A DNA stretch of 24,000 nucleotides from Xenococcaceae cyanobacterium MO_234.B1 (lineage in GTDB: Bacteria; Cyanobacteriota; Cyanobacteriia; Cyanobacteriales; Xenococcaceae), in NCBI GenBank assembly GCA_030064915.1, contig JASJEK010000081.1, positions 1 to 24,000 on the forward strand, given 5' to 3'. The position numbers and the translations under genes were made by a program. The notes beneath the pieces were generated by a model. It was not told where the DNA came from and did not search any database. It saw only the letters and a list, made by a program, of their open reading frames with translations. Every line of letters begins with the position of its first letter. The stretch's first letter is position 1. Below are positions 16,137 to 24,000 of this stretch, piece by piece.

Positions 16137-16392
16137 TATCTTCTCCATTCTGCATATCTCGTAGTTTGAGCAATGCTACTTTTACCTGTTTGACTTGATA
16201 AGATTTTGCTTTTCCACCTTTTCCTTTCTGAAGATTAATTCTCGGTTCTCCTTGCCAAGGCATCTTAAAAGGATAATGACTTGTTCCCCTGTTTCTCGGC
16301 TTGCCAAAGAACATCTCAGCAATTTTGAGCAGTCGAGCAAACCTAACATTAGTTTCACTCTCTAATTCTTTAAGTGCTTCTTCGATATCCAT
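16129..16392 (-). CDS. hicA: type II toxin HicA family (mRNA interferase)
   Basis: 87 aa. GTSHYPFKMPWQGEPRINLQKGKGGKAKSYQVKQVKVAL parallels the HicA pattern GSHRxFxHP....VTISGKxGDDAKxYQxKxVKxAI. Sits upstream of and translationally coupled to hicB, the usual hicAB order. Confidence 0.7.
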   Translation of the reverse strand: MDIEEALKELESETNVRFARLLKIAEMFFGKPRNRGTSHYPFKMPWQGEPRINLQKGKGGKAKSYQVKQVKVALLKLRDMQNGEDNE

Positions 16393-16401
16393 AAGATTAC
16401 A

Positions 16402-16417
16402 GTACTATATATAGTAC
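16402..16417. promoter_or_regulatory. perfect 16-bp palindrome GTACTATATATAGTAC, 10 nt upstream of the hicA ATG; candidate HicB operator overlapping a TATA-like -10
   Basis: Read directly. Its position relative to the hicA start (16392) fits TA-operon autoregulation by an RHH antitoxin. Confidence 0.5.
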
Positions 16418-16508
16418 CATAAATCTAGAAGCTTTCTTCAATGACGAATTATACTAAATCCAATTATCAAAACATACTTATAGGTTAAAACCTACTGCTA
16501 TACAGGCA

Positions 16509-16528
16509 AAGTCTGCCTACGCAGACTT
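16509..16528. repeat. 8-bp stem / 4-nt loop hairpin aagtctgc-ctac-gcagactt (small dispersed-repeat-like)
   Basis: Read directly, in the hicA/glmM intergenic region. Confidence 0.5.
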
Positions 16529-16611
16529 CAAGGATAAACAGGATTTGGTATCATTATTTTCCAGCGAGAATTAATATTACATTTTGACGTGCGGAAGACG
16601 GAATAAAATAT

Positions 16612-16635
16612 AGGGGTGTGTTGCAACACGCCCCT
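16612..16635 (-). terminator. intrinsic terminator of glmM
   Basis: On the - strand: aggggcgtg-ttgcaa-cacacccct followed by atatttt. Starts 27 nt past the glmM stop. Confidence 0.65.
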
Positions 16636-16661
16636 AAAGAATACAAGATTTTAATAATTAA

Positions 16662-18092
16662 CTATACAGCTAAATTTTGCTCAACCACATTTACTAACTT
16701 ATTTGTCCAAAGATTAACTAACTCCTGGCTTACTGCTTCTACCATGACTCTAATTACTGGTTCAGTTCCCGAAGCACGAACTAAGATTCTCCCATCATTC
16801 CCCATAGCGGTTTCAGCTTGTGCGATCGCCTTTTGCACTGGTTCACACTGTTGCCATTTACTGCGTTTTTCTCTGTCCTCAACTCGGACATTTTTTAACA
16901 GTTGGGGATAGGTTTGGAAACTACCATTAACTAATTCCGTTAGAGATACTCCAGACTGTTCCACCAGAGAAGCCAGATGTAAAGCGGTTTGAATCCCATC
17001 TCCCGATACTCCATGATAATGACAGAGGATATGTCCTGACTGTTCCCCTCCTAGCATTGCGCCTGTGCGGAACATTTCTGCTTGGACATGGCGATCGCCA
17101 ACTGGAGTTCTAGTCAGTTTTCCTCCTCGTTTTTGCCAAGCTCTTTCAAAGCCTAAATTGGCCATTACTGTAGCAATAATTAGATTATCTGGTAATTTAC
17201 CCTGTTTTTTAAGCTTATTGCCCCAAAAATACAGTATATAATCCCCATCAACCACTCTTCCTTGGCAATCTATTCCCATGACTCGATCTGCATCACCATC
17301 AAAAGCAAAACCGAGATCCGCTTTATGTTCTTTGATTGCTTGCTGTAATACTTCTAGGTGAGTCGAACCACAGTTAACATTAATGCGATCGCCGTCAGCT
17401 TGATTATGTAAAGCAATCACCTCTGCGCCTAAAGCTTGAAATACGGCTGGTGCAACAGCTACAGAAGCGCCCCAAGCCAAATCTAAAACAATACGCAGTC
17501 CTTGGAAGTTAGTCTTATCAGGAAGAGACTGTTTTAATAATTCCGAATAATCGTTAATTAGATAGGGGCGATGATAATGTTTGCCCCAATGATTGTTACT
17601 TAGCTTATCAATAGCAAAATGATCGTAGTTAGCTCGTAACCTACTCTCAATTTCTTGAGTCAAATGATCGGCTAACTTAATGCCATCACTGCCAAAAAAC
17701 TTAATTCCATTATCTTCTGGTGGATTATGACTAGCAGAAATCATAATTCCGCCGATAGCATCACTACTACTAGTGACAGAAGCAACACAAGGAGTGGGAC
17801 ATAAACCCAAATGCCAAACTTCCAACCCTGTAGCCGTCAATCCAGCAGCGATCGCCATTCCTAGCATATCACTAGAATTGCGAGAATCTTGCCCAATGAC
17901 TATTGCTCCCACATCTTGAGCAGTTTCTTGTAAAACTTTTCCTGCCCAGTAACCTAACTGTAGAGCAAAATTAGCATTGAGTAGTTCCCCTGCTTTACTA
18001 CGGATACCGTCAGTACCGAATAAAGGGGTTTTTGGTAAGGAATTAGTTTTCGCTCTAGATTGATTAGATAAAAGCTGGCTAGAAATGCTCAC
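16662..18092 (-). CDS. glmM: phosphoglucosamine mutase
   Basis: 476 aa. [12 protein letters not shown], active-site [15 protein letters not shown], Mg site FAFDGDADR and GGEQSGH. Confidence 0.92.
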   Translation of the reverse strand: MSISSQLLSNQSRAKTNSLPKTPLFGTDGIRSKAGELLNANFALQLGYWAGKVLQETAQDVGAIVIGQDSRNSSDMLGMAIAAGLTATGLEVWHLGLCPTPCVASVTSSSDAIGGIMISASHNPPEDNGIKFFGSDGIKLADHLTQEIESRLRANYDHFAIDKLSNNHWGKHYHRPYLINDYSELLKQSLPDKTNFQGLRIVLDLAWGASVAVAPAVFQALGAEVIALHNQADGDRINVNCGSTHLEVLQQAIKEHKADLGFAFDGDADRVMGIDCQGRVVDGDYILYFWGNKLKKQGKLPDNLIIATVMANLGFERAWQKRGGKLTRTPVGDRHVQAEMFRTGAMLGGEQSGHILCHYHGVSGDGIQTALHLASLVEQSGVSLTELVNGSFQTYPQLLKNVRVEDREKRSKWQQCEPVQKAIAQAETAMGNDGRILVRASGTEPVIRVMVEAVSQELVNLWTNKLVNVVEQNLAV

Positions 18093-18238
18093 ACCACTAA
18101 GCTCCTAACTTACAAAAAAAAAGACGTCATTTCTGATAACGCCTTGATATTAAGTCATCTGTTGCAGTTTTGGGAAATTTTTTTTAAATTATTCTAGTAG
18201 AACTTTTGCGAAAGTAAGTCCTCAATCACAATCAGTAA

Positions 18239-18259
18239 CTTGCTACCTGCTACTTGCTA
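18239..18259. repeat. 3 x heptamer (T/C)TGCTAC array
   Basis: Read directly: ttgctac ctgctac ttgctac, just downstream of the 100-aa gene stop. Confidence 0.75.
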
Positions 18260-18266
18260 CCTATAA

Positions 18267-18569
18267 TTAAACCCCAGTCTCAGCAAGCAGTTTTTCCATC
18301 TCGGAAAGAGTTAATCCAGTCTGAATGTAAGTGGGGTTAACTGGATCATAGGGACTAGCCAGACGATCAATAGAGATAATCTTGGCATCATTTTCGATTA
18401 CTGGAATATCTGGATCATAGTTAGTAGGACGCATCAAAGAACTAGAAAATCCGTTATAAATTACGATTGTATCTGGCTCTCCCGAAATAGTTTCTACTTC
18501 TACCATCAAAACCTCTTCTCGCCGTTTCATGGTGTACTTCTCTAAGCGCAGATTGATTGATTCAGTCAT
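18267..18569 (-). CDS. conserved hypothetical protein (100 aa)
   Basis: Clean ORF, tightly spaced (25 nt) after the upstream membrane-protein gene. No family I can name with confidence. Confidence 0.55.
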   Translation of the reverse strand: MTESINLRLEKYTMKRREEVLMVEVETISGEPDTIVIYNGFSSSLMRPTNYDPDIPVIENDAKIISIDRLASPYDPVNPTYIQTGLTLSEMEKLLAETGV

Positions 18570-18594
18570 AAGTACTTGATTTTTGCCCCTTAGT

Positions 18595-19221
18595 TTACTG
18601 TTCTAAGGCTGAACGCCCCTGTTTGCCTACCCTGACTAATAAAAAATAAGCTAGATATAGCACGTAGATACACAAGCCTACCATGCCCATAAATCCTAAA
18701 AAACCTTCATTATCCGGCTTATTGTGCAGAATTTGCTTGTAAGCTTGAGGAACTTCTAGCCAAACTCCACAAAAAGAAGTTTGCAAAGTGCTATTAGAGA
18801 GACCGCACGGGATAAAAAAAGAGCTAGCTGCTGCGCCTAAAATACAGTAAATGGTAGTTGCCCAACGCCAAGAAGTAAATATAAATTTAATACTACTTTT
18901 CGGCAAATCTCTAATTTCTTCATTGATATCGATCCAAAACCAGAGAGAAAGAGGAATTAGAATACGGGCTATTATTCCACTGAAAAATCCCATTTTCCAA
19001 CCAGGAATAAAAATATAGACCGTGATCATTAATAAACTGGCAACTCGCCAATAGATAATTAATAATCTTTGCATCGCTTCTTTACGGTTAAAAGTAGCCC
19101 AAATTAGTAAAAATAGAGGCGCAATAACCAGAAACACAATGGCAAGGCGATAGTCCATCCACACAAGAGGTCGAAACCAAATATCATTCATAATCTCGCT
19201 TAATGATTGCTCCCATAACAC
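18595..19221 (-). CDS. integral membrane protein (208 aa, ~5 TM), function unknown
   Basis: Hydrophobic segment pattern across the ORF. Likely co-transcribed with 18267-18569. Confidence 0.6.
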   Translation of the reverse strand: MLWEQSLSEIMNDIWFRPLVWMDYRLAIVFLVIAPLFLLIWATFNRKEAMQRLLIIYWRVASLLMITVYIFIPGWKMGFFSGIIARILIPLSLWFWIDINEEIRDLPKSSIKFIFTSWRWATTIYCILGAAASSFFIPCGLSNSTLQTSFCGVWLEVPQAYKQILHNKPDNEGFLGFMGMVGLCIYVLYLAYFLLVRVGKQGRSALEQ

Positions 19222-19293
19222 TCAATTATTTTAGGAGGATTCTGGCATATCATCAGAATAACCATTACATTCATTCCGATAAATCTCGGTAGG

Positions 19294-19311
19294 GACGTAG
19301 CATGCTACGTC
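19294..19311. repeat. perfect 18-bp palindrome GACGTAGCATGCTACGTC
   Basis: Read directly. GC-rich palindromic unit of the kind dispersed in cyanobacterial intergenic DNA. Confidence 0.7.
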
Positions 19312-19339
19312 GGTACAGTAGCTATCTAAGAGCTTTATT

Positions 19340-19375
19340 GAACAGTTTACCTTTACCGAACAGTTTACCTTTACC
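19340..19375. repeat. perfect 18-bp tandem duplication GAACAGTTTACCTTTACC x2
   Basis: Read directly: 19340-19357 and 19358-19375. It explains the VKVNCS VKVNCS repeat in the spurious 63-aa ORF. Confidence 0.9.
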
Positions 19376-19496
19376 AAAAATCTACTAAAAATCACCAAAA
19401 AATAAAAATGGAAACTCTGCAAGCAAAGTTTCCGCTAATTATTCTATCTAGTAGTTTGGGAAAGCCCAAATAGATTTGATTTTTAGATGGTTTTTT

Positions 19497-19534
19497 AATA
19501 ATTGATAATTATAAATTGTCAATTATCAATTATT
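19497..19534. repeat. 14-bp perfect AT-only inverted repeat (aataattgataatt / aattatcaattatt) with a 10-nt spacer, built from GATAATT/AATTATC heptamers
   Basis: Read directly, 11 nt downstream of the cp12 stop. Related to the array at 15774-15794. Confidence 0.75.
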
Positions 19535-19544
19535 CATTGCTAAC

Positions 19545-19769
19545 TTAGTCTTCATATACGCGACACTCTAGAGCATCAGGATTATTATCACAGTATTGTT
19601 CGAAAGAACTCTTCTGTGGATTCTTTTCCCTTTGGTGAGATGCTTCTGCTTGTAGTTCTTCTACTGCATCCCAAGCAGCAGCACATTCTCCAGAAGTGGC
19701 ACCTTCTATGCTGCATACTTCTCTTGCTTGTTCTTTTTCTTTTTGGATTTTTTCTTGTATGTTGCTCAT
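19545..19769 (-). CDS. cp12: CP12 (Calvin-cycle GAPDH/PRK regulatory protein)
   Basis: 74 aa. Core AWDAVEELQAEASH, N-terminal Cys pair (CSIEGATSGEC) and C-terminal Cys pair CDNNPDALEC followed by RVYED. Confidence 0.9.
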   Translation of the reverse strand: MSNIQEKIQKEKEQAREVCSIEGATSGECAAAWDAVEELQAEASHQREKNPQKSSFEQYCDNNPDALECRVYED

Positions 19770-20186
19770 AAGTCCTCTTATTTTTGAGTTGTGTTTATGG
19801 GTTTATTAATAGCGAAACTATTTTCTTAGTTTACTATGTACTATTTTAAACAGCATACTACGGACTTTCTATGTCTCTAGTAGTAGTCAGTGAAGACAGA
19901 TTTAAGCTTCAACCTATTTCTTGCTCATATATATTTAAGAGCCTTGAATGCTAGATTAACTAACTGTCAGTGCAGTTAAGAGCTTAAAATACTGTTTTCA
20001 GTAACGATTGTAGCGTGGAATTTTGTTTAGACTAATATTTCAAAACATAGGGATTACCGAATCAAGTTAATATTCGTTAACTAATGTCCTTATATTGTCT
20101 CAAATATTGCAAAATGTAACCTTAGCAGCGTAAAAAGGGTTTATTCCCACCACAATAACAGCAGTCATAATTCAATATCAAAGATA

Positions 20187-21263
20187 ATGGTAGATAGCCT
20201 TAAGAAACCCCAGTTTGAGGAAATTCGTCCAGGGATTAAAGCTCCCGCTAAAGAAACGATTTTAACCCCTCGTTTTTACACTACAGACTTTGAAGAAATG
20301 GCTAATATGGACATTTCTGTCAATGAAGATGAGCTAAAAGCCATCCTAGAAGAATTTAGAGTTGACTACAACCGTCATCACTTCGTTAGAGATGAAGAGT
20401 TTAATCGCTCTTGGGATCATATTGATGGTGAGACTCGTCGATTATTTGTAGAGTTTCTAGAACGTTCCTGTACAGCGGAATTTTCAGGCTTTCTTTTATA
20501 TAAAGAATTAGGCAGACGTTTAAAAGGAAAAAATCCCGTATTAGCAGAGATTTTCACTCTCATGTCTAGAGATGAAGCGCGTCATGCTGGTTTCTTGAAT
20601 AAAGCTTTATCAGATTTTAACCTCTCTCTAGATTTAGGATTCTTAACCAAGAGTCGTAAATATACTTTCTTCAAGCCCAAATTTATCTTCTACGCCACCT
20701 ATCTTTCCGAGAAAATTGGATACTGGCGTTACATCACGATTTATCGTCATTTAGAGCAGCATCCTGAAAACAGAGTTTATCCCATTTTCCGCTTCTTTGA
20801 GAATTGGTGTCAGGATGAAAACCGTCATGGTGACTTCTTTGATGCCATTATGAAGGCACAACCTAATACTCTCAACGATTGGAAAGCTCGTTTATGGTGT
20901 CGTTTCTTCTTGCTTTCTGTGTTTGCTACTATGTATCTCAATGATGTTCAGCGTTCTGGTTTTTATGCTGTTCTTGGGTTAGATGCCAGAGAATATGACA
21001 AGTTGGTAATTGAGAAAACTAACGACACTGCTGGTAGAGTGTTCCCTGTAATTCTGGATGTAAATAAGCCTGAGTTTTACGAGCGTCTAGAAGTTTGTGT
21101 TGCTAATAATGAGAAGTTAAGAGAAATTGATGCTTCTAATGCTCCTGCTCCTCTCAAACTCTTACAAAAACTACCCTGTTACCTATCTAATGGCTTGGAA
21201 TTAATCAAGATGTATTTCATCAAGCCGATTCGTGTAGATCATTTAGAGGGGACAGTACGTTAA
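20187..21263 (+). CDS. acsF: Mg-protoporphyrin IX monomethyl ester (oxidative) cyclase
   Basis: 358 aa. [17 protein letters not shown] and di-iron ExxH motifs ([20 protein letters not shown]). Confidence 0.92.
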   Translation: MVDSLKKPQFEEIRPGIKAPAKETILTPRFYTTDFEEMANMDISVNEDELKAILEEFRVDYNRHHFVRDEEFNRSWDHIDGETRRLFVEFLERSCTAEFSGFLLYKELGRRLKGKNPVLAEIFTLMSRDEARHAGFLNKALSDFNLSLDLGFLTKSRKYTFFKPKFIFYATYLSEKIGYWRYITIYRHLEQHPENRVYPIFRFFENWCQDENRHGDFFDAIMKAQPNTLNDWKARLWCRFFLLSVFATMYLNDVQRSGFYAVLGLDAREYDKLVIEKTNDTAGRVFPVILDVNKPEFYERLEVCVANNEKLREIDASNAPAPLKLLQKLPCYLSNGLELIKMYFIKPIRVDHLEGTVR

Positions 21264-21300
21264 GCTGTCAGTCTATCATCTCAATCTCTAAAATGGCTGA

Positions 21301-21330
21301 GGTTCTGTTTCAGACAGAGCCTTTTATTTT
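21301..21330 (+). terminator. intrinsic terminator of acsF
   Basis: ggttctgt-ttcag-acagagcc (8-bp stem including one G-U) followed by ttttatttt. Starts 38 nt past the acsF stop. Confidence 0.7.
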
Positions 21331-21334
21331 GAGC

Positions 21335-22681
21335 AAAAATCGTGCTTATACCAATTTGAAAAATTATAAACAAGGCTGGGAATACCCTTGTCTTTTAAGA
21401 CAGGGGATGAGAAGCCTACAAAAAAGAGTCCCTCGAAGGGATATCTTTTTTGTGTTTACACCAATCATCAAAATGTTGTAAAATAAATAGATGATGATTA
21501 GACGTGCATATAGATATAGATTCTATCCAAACCAAGAACAGCGCATCCAATTGGCCCAAACTTTTGGTTCGTGTAGATTTGTTTATAATTGGGCTTTGAG
21601 GCTTCGTACCGATGCCTACTATCGCACGTCACAAAAGATGTCTTACAAAGAAACGTCTAATCAGTTAACTCAACTCAAAAAGATTCCTGATTTTAGCTGG
21701 CTAAAAGATGTAACTGCTGTCCCGTTACAGCAAGCATTGAGGCATTTAAACACAGCATTTCTCAACTTCTTTGCGGGTCGTGCAAAATACCCCAGATTTA
21801 AAAAGAAAAGAAATAAGCAGTCTGCTACCTATGCCAGTAATGCTTTTAAGTGGGATGGAGAAAAGTTAACTTTAGCTAAAATGAAATTCCCTTTAAAAAT
21901 CAAATGGCATCGTCATTTTACAGGAGTTCCCACAACAGTTACAGTTAGCAAAGATTCAGCTAATAGATACTTTGTGTCTTTTTCCGTAGAAGAAGAAGTT
22001 GAGCAATTACCCAAAACTGACGAACAAGTAGCTATCGATTTAGGGATCAAAGATGTAATTGTTTCTTCAAAAGGCTTTGCTTCTGGTAATCCTAAATACT
22101 ACCAAAAGTATCAGAAGAAATTAGCCAAGTTACAGAAACGCTTAGCAAAAAAGCAAAAAGGTTCTAAAAATAGAGACAAGGCAAGATTAAAAGTAGCCAA
22201 ACTACACGCTAAAATTGCTGATTGTCGCCAAGATTTTTTGAACAAGTTAACGATTCGATTAATACGCGAGAACCAAGTTGTAATTACAGAATCGTTGGCT
22301 GTGAAGAACATGATAAAAAACCCTAAATTAGCAAAAGCAATTGCTGATTGTGCTTGGGGTGAATTAATCAGACAACTAGACTATAAGGCTAGTTGGTACG
22401 GGCGGATTTTAGTACAAGTTGACCGCTTTTTCCCGTCCTCAAAACGATGTCATGCCTGTGGTCATGTATTAGATAAACTTCCTTTAGAAATTAGAGAATG
22501 GGATTGTGTTTGTGGCTCTCATAACTTGAGGGACTACAATGCGACCCTGAATCTCTTAGCCGTCGGACGGGCGGTGTTAGCCTATGGAGACACCTCTGGC
22601 GGGGATAGGGCATTAGCTCTGTCTAGTCAAGTGTCGTCGAAGTAGGAAGCCTACCCCGTTTTACGGGGTACGGTGTGTCAC
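21335..22681 (+). mobile_element. IS200/IS605-family element carrying tnpB only (no tnpA); left boundary approximate
   Basis: tnpB ORF. Subterminal hairpins at the left end (21385-21406) and right end (22652-22670). The 9-mer GAAGCCTAC is shared at both ends (21411-21419, 22646-22654). The element terminates in ...GTCAC, like the TCAA-type right ends of IS608-like elements. It sits between the acsF terminator and trpS. Confidence 0.6.
21491..22645 (+). CDS. tnpB: RNA-guided endonuclease TnpB (IS605 OrfB family)
   Basis: 384 aa. N-terminal RAYRYRFYPNQEQ..L..TFGSCRFVYNWAL. RuvC residues present: D in VAIDLGIKD, E in VVITESLAVKNM, D in LRDYNATLN. Zn finger CHACGHV...CVCGSH. Confidence 0.9.
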   Translation: MMIRRAYRYRFYPNQEQRIQLAQTFGSCRFVYNWALRLRTDAYYRTSQKMSYKETSNQLTQLKKIPDFSWLKDVTAVPLQQALRHLNTAFLNFFAGRAKYPRFKKKRNKQSATYASNAFKWDGEKLTLAKMKFPLKIKWHRHFTGVPTTVTVSKDSANRYFVSFSVEEEVEQLPKTDEQVAIDLGIKDVIVSSKGFASGNPKYYQKYQKKLAKLQKRLAKKQKGSKNRDKARLKVAKLHAKIADCRQDFLNKLTIRLIRENQVVITESLAVKNMIKNPKLAKAIADCAWGELIRQLDYKASWYGRILVQVDRFFPSSKRCHACGHVLDKLPLEIREWDCVCGSHNLRDYNATLNLLAVGRAVLAYGDTSGGDRALALSSQVSSK

Positions 22682-22701
22682 TATCTCTATCTCGCACTTC
22701 T
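22500..22701 (+). ncRNA. predicted omega-RNA (reRNA) of the TnpB element: scaffold over the tnpB 3' end and right end, plus ~20-nt guide
   Basis: In characterised TnpB systems the omega-RNA spans the 3' end of tnpB and the right end, and its guide is the flanking DNA just past the right end. Here the right-end hairpin is 22652-22670 and the element ends at 22681, so the predicted guide is tatctctatctcgcacttct (22682-22701). The 5' limit is a guess. Confidence 0.4.
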
Positions 22702-22795
22702 TTTTGTAAAATTATATTCTGCGGGTGCTTAAAACTGGACTTTTAGTTATGGAAAATCTCCTAACCCTTTTAAACAAACCAAATTTTAGAACAAG

Positions 22796-23809
22796 ATGAC
22801 CAAGCAGCGAGTTTTATCTGGAGTACAGCCAACTGGAAACTTACACTTAGGTAATTATTTAGGAGCAATCCGTAACTGGGTAGAAATACAGCAAGAGTAC
22901 GATAATTTTTTCTGTGTCGTTGATTTACACGCTATCACTGTTCCTCATGACCCTAAAGTATTAGGGGATAATACCCTTAAAATGGCTGCTTTGTATTTAG
23001 CCTGCGGTATTGATCTAGAATGCTCTACAATCTTTGTTCAATCCCATGTTAAAGCTCATAGTGAATTAACTTGGTTGCTTAACTGTATTACCCCTCTAAA
23101 TTGGTTAGAGAGAATGATTCAGTTTAAAGAAAAAGCGGTTAAGCAGGGGGAAAATGTCAGTGTCGGATTACTAGATTATCCTGTTTTGATGGCAGCAGAT
23201 ATCTTACTCTACGATGCGGATAGAGTACCAGTAGGAGAAGACCAAAAACAACATCTCGAATTAACTCGTGATATTGCAGCAAGATTTAACGATAAGTTTG
23301 GCAAGAAAAAGCAACCTGTACTCAAAATACCTGAACCTCTAATTAGTAAGCAAGGTGCTAGGGTAATGAGTCTCACTGATGGGACAAAAAAAATGTCAAA
23401 ATCCGATCCTTCAGAATTAAGTCGGATTAATCTTCTCGACTCTCCTGATGAAATTAAAAGAAAAATTAAAAAGTGTAAAACCGATCCTGTTAAGGGGTTA
23501 ACTTTTGACGATCCAGAGCGTCCAGAATGCAATAATCTACTTACTTTATATCAATTGCTATCTGGCAAAACTAAAGAAGAAGCAGCCCTTGAGTGTCAGG
23601 ATATGGGTTGGGGACAGTTTAAACCTTTATTGACTGAAACCACAATTGAGGCTCTCAAACCTATTCAAGACAAGTATCAAGAGATTATGGACAATCGAGA
23701 CTATCTCGATTCTGTCCTCAAAGAAGGCGCAACCAAAGCAGCAGTTGTTGCTAATAGTACTCTATCTAGAGTTAAAGATGCTCTGGGTTTTTTAAGTAGC
23801 TCAATTTAA
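22796..23809 (+). CDS. trpS: tryptophan--tRNA ligase
   Basis: 337 aa. SGVQPTGNLHLGNYLGA (HIGH-type), GEDQKQHLELTRDIA and KMSKS. Confidence 0.93.
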   Translation: MTKQRVLSGVQPTGNLHLGNYLGAIRNWVEIQQEYDNFFCVVDLHAITVPHDPKVLGDNTLKMAALYLACGIDLECSTIFVQSHVKAHSELTWLLNCITPLNWLERMIQFKEKAVKQGENVSVGLLDYPVLMAADILLYDADRVPVGEDQKQHLELTRDIAARFNDKFGKKKQPVLKIPEPLISKQGARVMSLTDGTKKMSKSDPSELSRINLLDSPDEIKRKIKKCKTDPVKGLTFDDPERPECNNLLTLYQLLSGKTKEEAALECQDMGWGQFKPLLTETTIEALKPIQDKYQEIMDNRDYLDSVLKEGATKAAVVANSTLSRVKDALGFLSSSI

Positions 23810-23844
23810 TTAGTAAAAATTAAAACTAACCATATAATCATATA

Positions 23845-24000
23845 ATGACTAGTCGTTTTCGTAGTGCTGTTATAGAAAAACAATTTTTAATTACAGCAGA
23901 AGTTACTCCTCCCAAGGGTGGAAATCCTAAACGGATGTTGGCAATGGCAGAATTGCTCAAAGATCGAGTTCATGCTGTAAATGTAACTGATGGTAGTCGT
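23845..24000 (+). CDS. metF: methylenetetrahydrofolate reductase (partial, N-terminal 52 aa; continues past the window end)
   Basis: Not in the ORF track because it is incomplete. ATG at 23845; MTSRFRSAVIEKQFLITAEVTPPKGGNPKRMLAMAELLKDRVHAVNVTDGSR matches the MTHFR N-terminus (E.TPPKG...AVNVTDG). Confidence 0.75.
   Translation, partial: MTSRFRSAVIEKQFLITAEVTPPKGGNPKRMLAMAELLKDRVHAVNVTDGSR

Noticed and set aside
19231-19422. 63-aa ORF on the - strand
   Set aside because: It is composed of the 18-bp tandem duplication (VKVNCS x2) and the 18-bp palindrome, so it is a repeat-generated ORF.
19837-19852. NtcA/CRP-like site TGTA-N8-AACA upstream of cp12
   Set aside because: It has one mismatch to the GTA-N8-TAC core, and in very AT-rich DNA a single near-match is expected by chance.
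21293-21481. 62-aa ORF on the + strand upstream of tnpB
   Set aside because: It spans the acsF terminator hairpin and the left-end hairpins of the IS element. It is most simply non-coding left-end sequence.
1871-23532. Antisense or shadow ORFs in the track: 1871-2116, 2470-2703, 2995-3285, 4175-4366, 9723-9908, 11072-11344, 11130-11387, 11680-11892, 12061-12270, 12415-12597, 13162-13449, 13503-13757, 14565-14777, 15149-15358, 15427-15618, 16618-16911, 22111-22311, 23209-23532
   Set aside because: Each lies inside, and opposite to or out of frame with, a longer ORF that has clear family motifs. Their sequences are low-complexity or unprotein-like.

Overview
Cyanobacterial chromosomal window. 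It is AT-rich, carries about two dozen HIP1 GCGATCGC octamers by manual scan, and encodes CP12, the AcsF cyclase and a plastoquinone-type UbiA. Most of it is ordinary housekeeping. On the - strand: a partial MalK-like ABC ATPase, ubiA, a class-C beta-lactamase-like serine hydrolase, a TM0106/Cas4-like RecB-family nuclease, a CheY-like receiver, a HyuA-type hydantoinase/oxoprolinase, glmM, two conserved hypotheticals and cp12. On the + strand: a tonB-exbB-exbD operon, aspA, a class V aminotransferase, acsF, trpS and the start of metF. Accessory or unusual content: (1) an apparently intact solo TnpB element (IS200/IS605 family, no tnpA) between acsF and trpS, with recognisable end hairpins and a predicted omega-RNA/guide region. 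(2) An ORF-free, heavily self-complementary block of about 450 bp (6751-7230). Its 3' tail is collinear with the TnpB element's right end. It abuts a truncated CPA2 antiporter pseudogene and ends just upstream of aspA. I read it as an orphan omega-RNA-like / IS right-end remnant; this is the most interesting item but it is unproven. (3) A hicA-hicB toxin-antitoxin pair with a perfect 16-bp palindrome at its start. (4) An orphan N-ATPase-type ATP synthase gamma-like gene with no other atp genes nearby. (5) Several small repeats: a 5 x 14-bp tandem array in the ubiA/tonB divergent promoter, GC-rich nested hairpins (MITE-like) and AT-rich heptamer arrays. No rRNA, tRNA or CRISPR array was seen. 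All calls come from reading the sequence and ORF translations; no database search was run.
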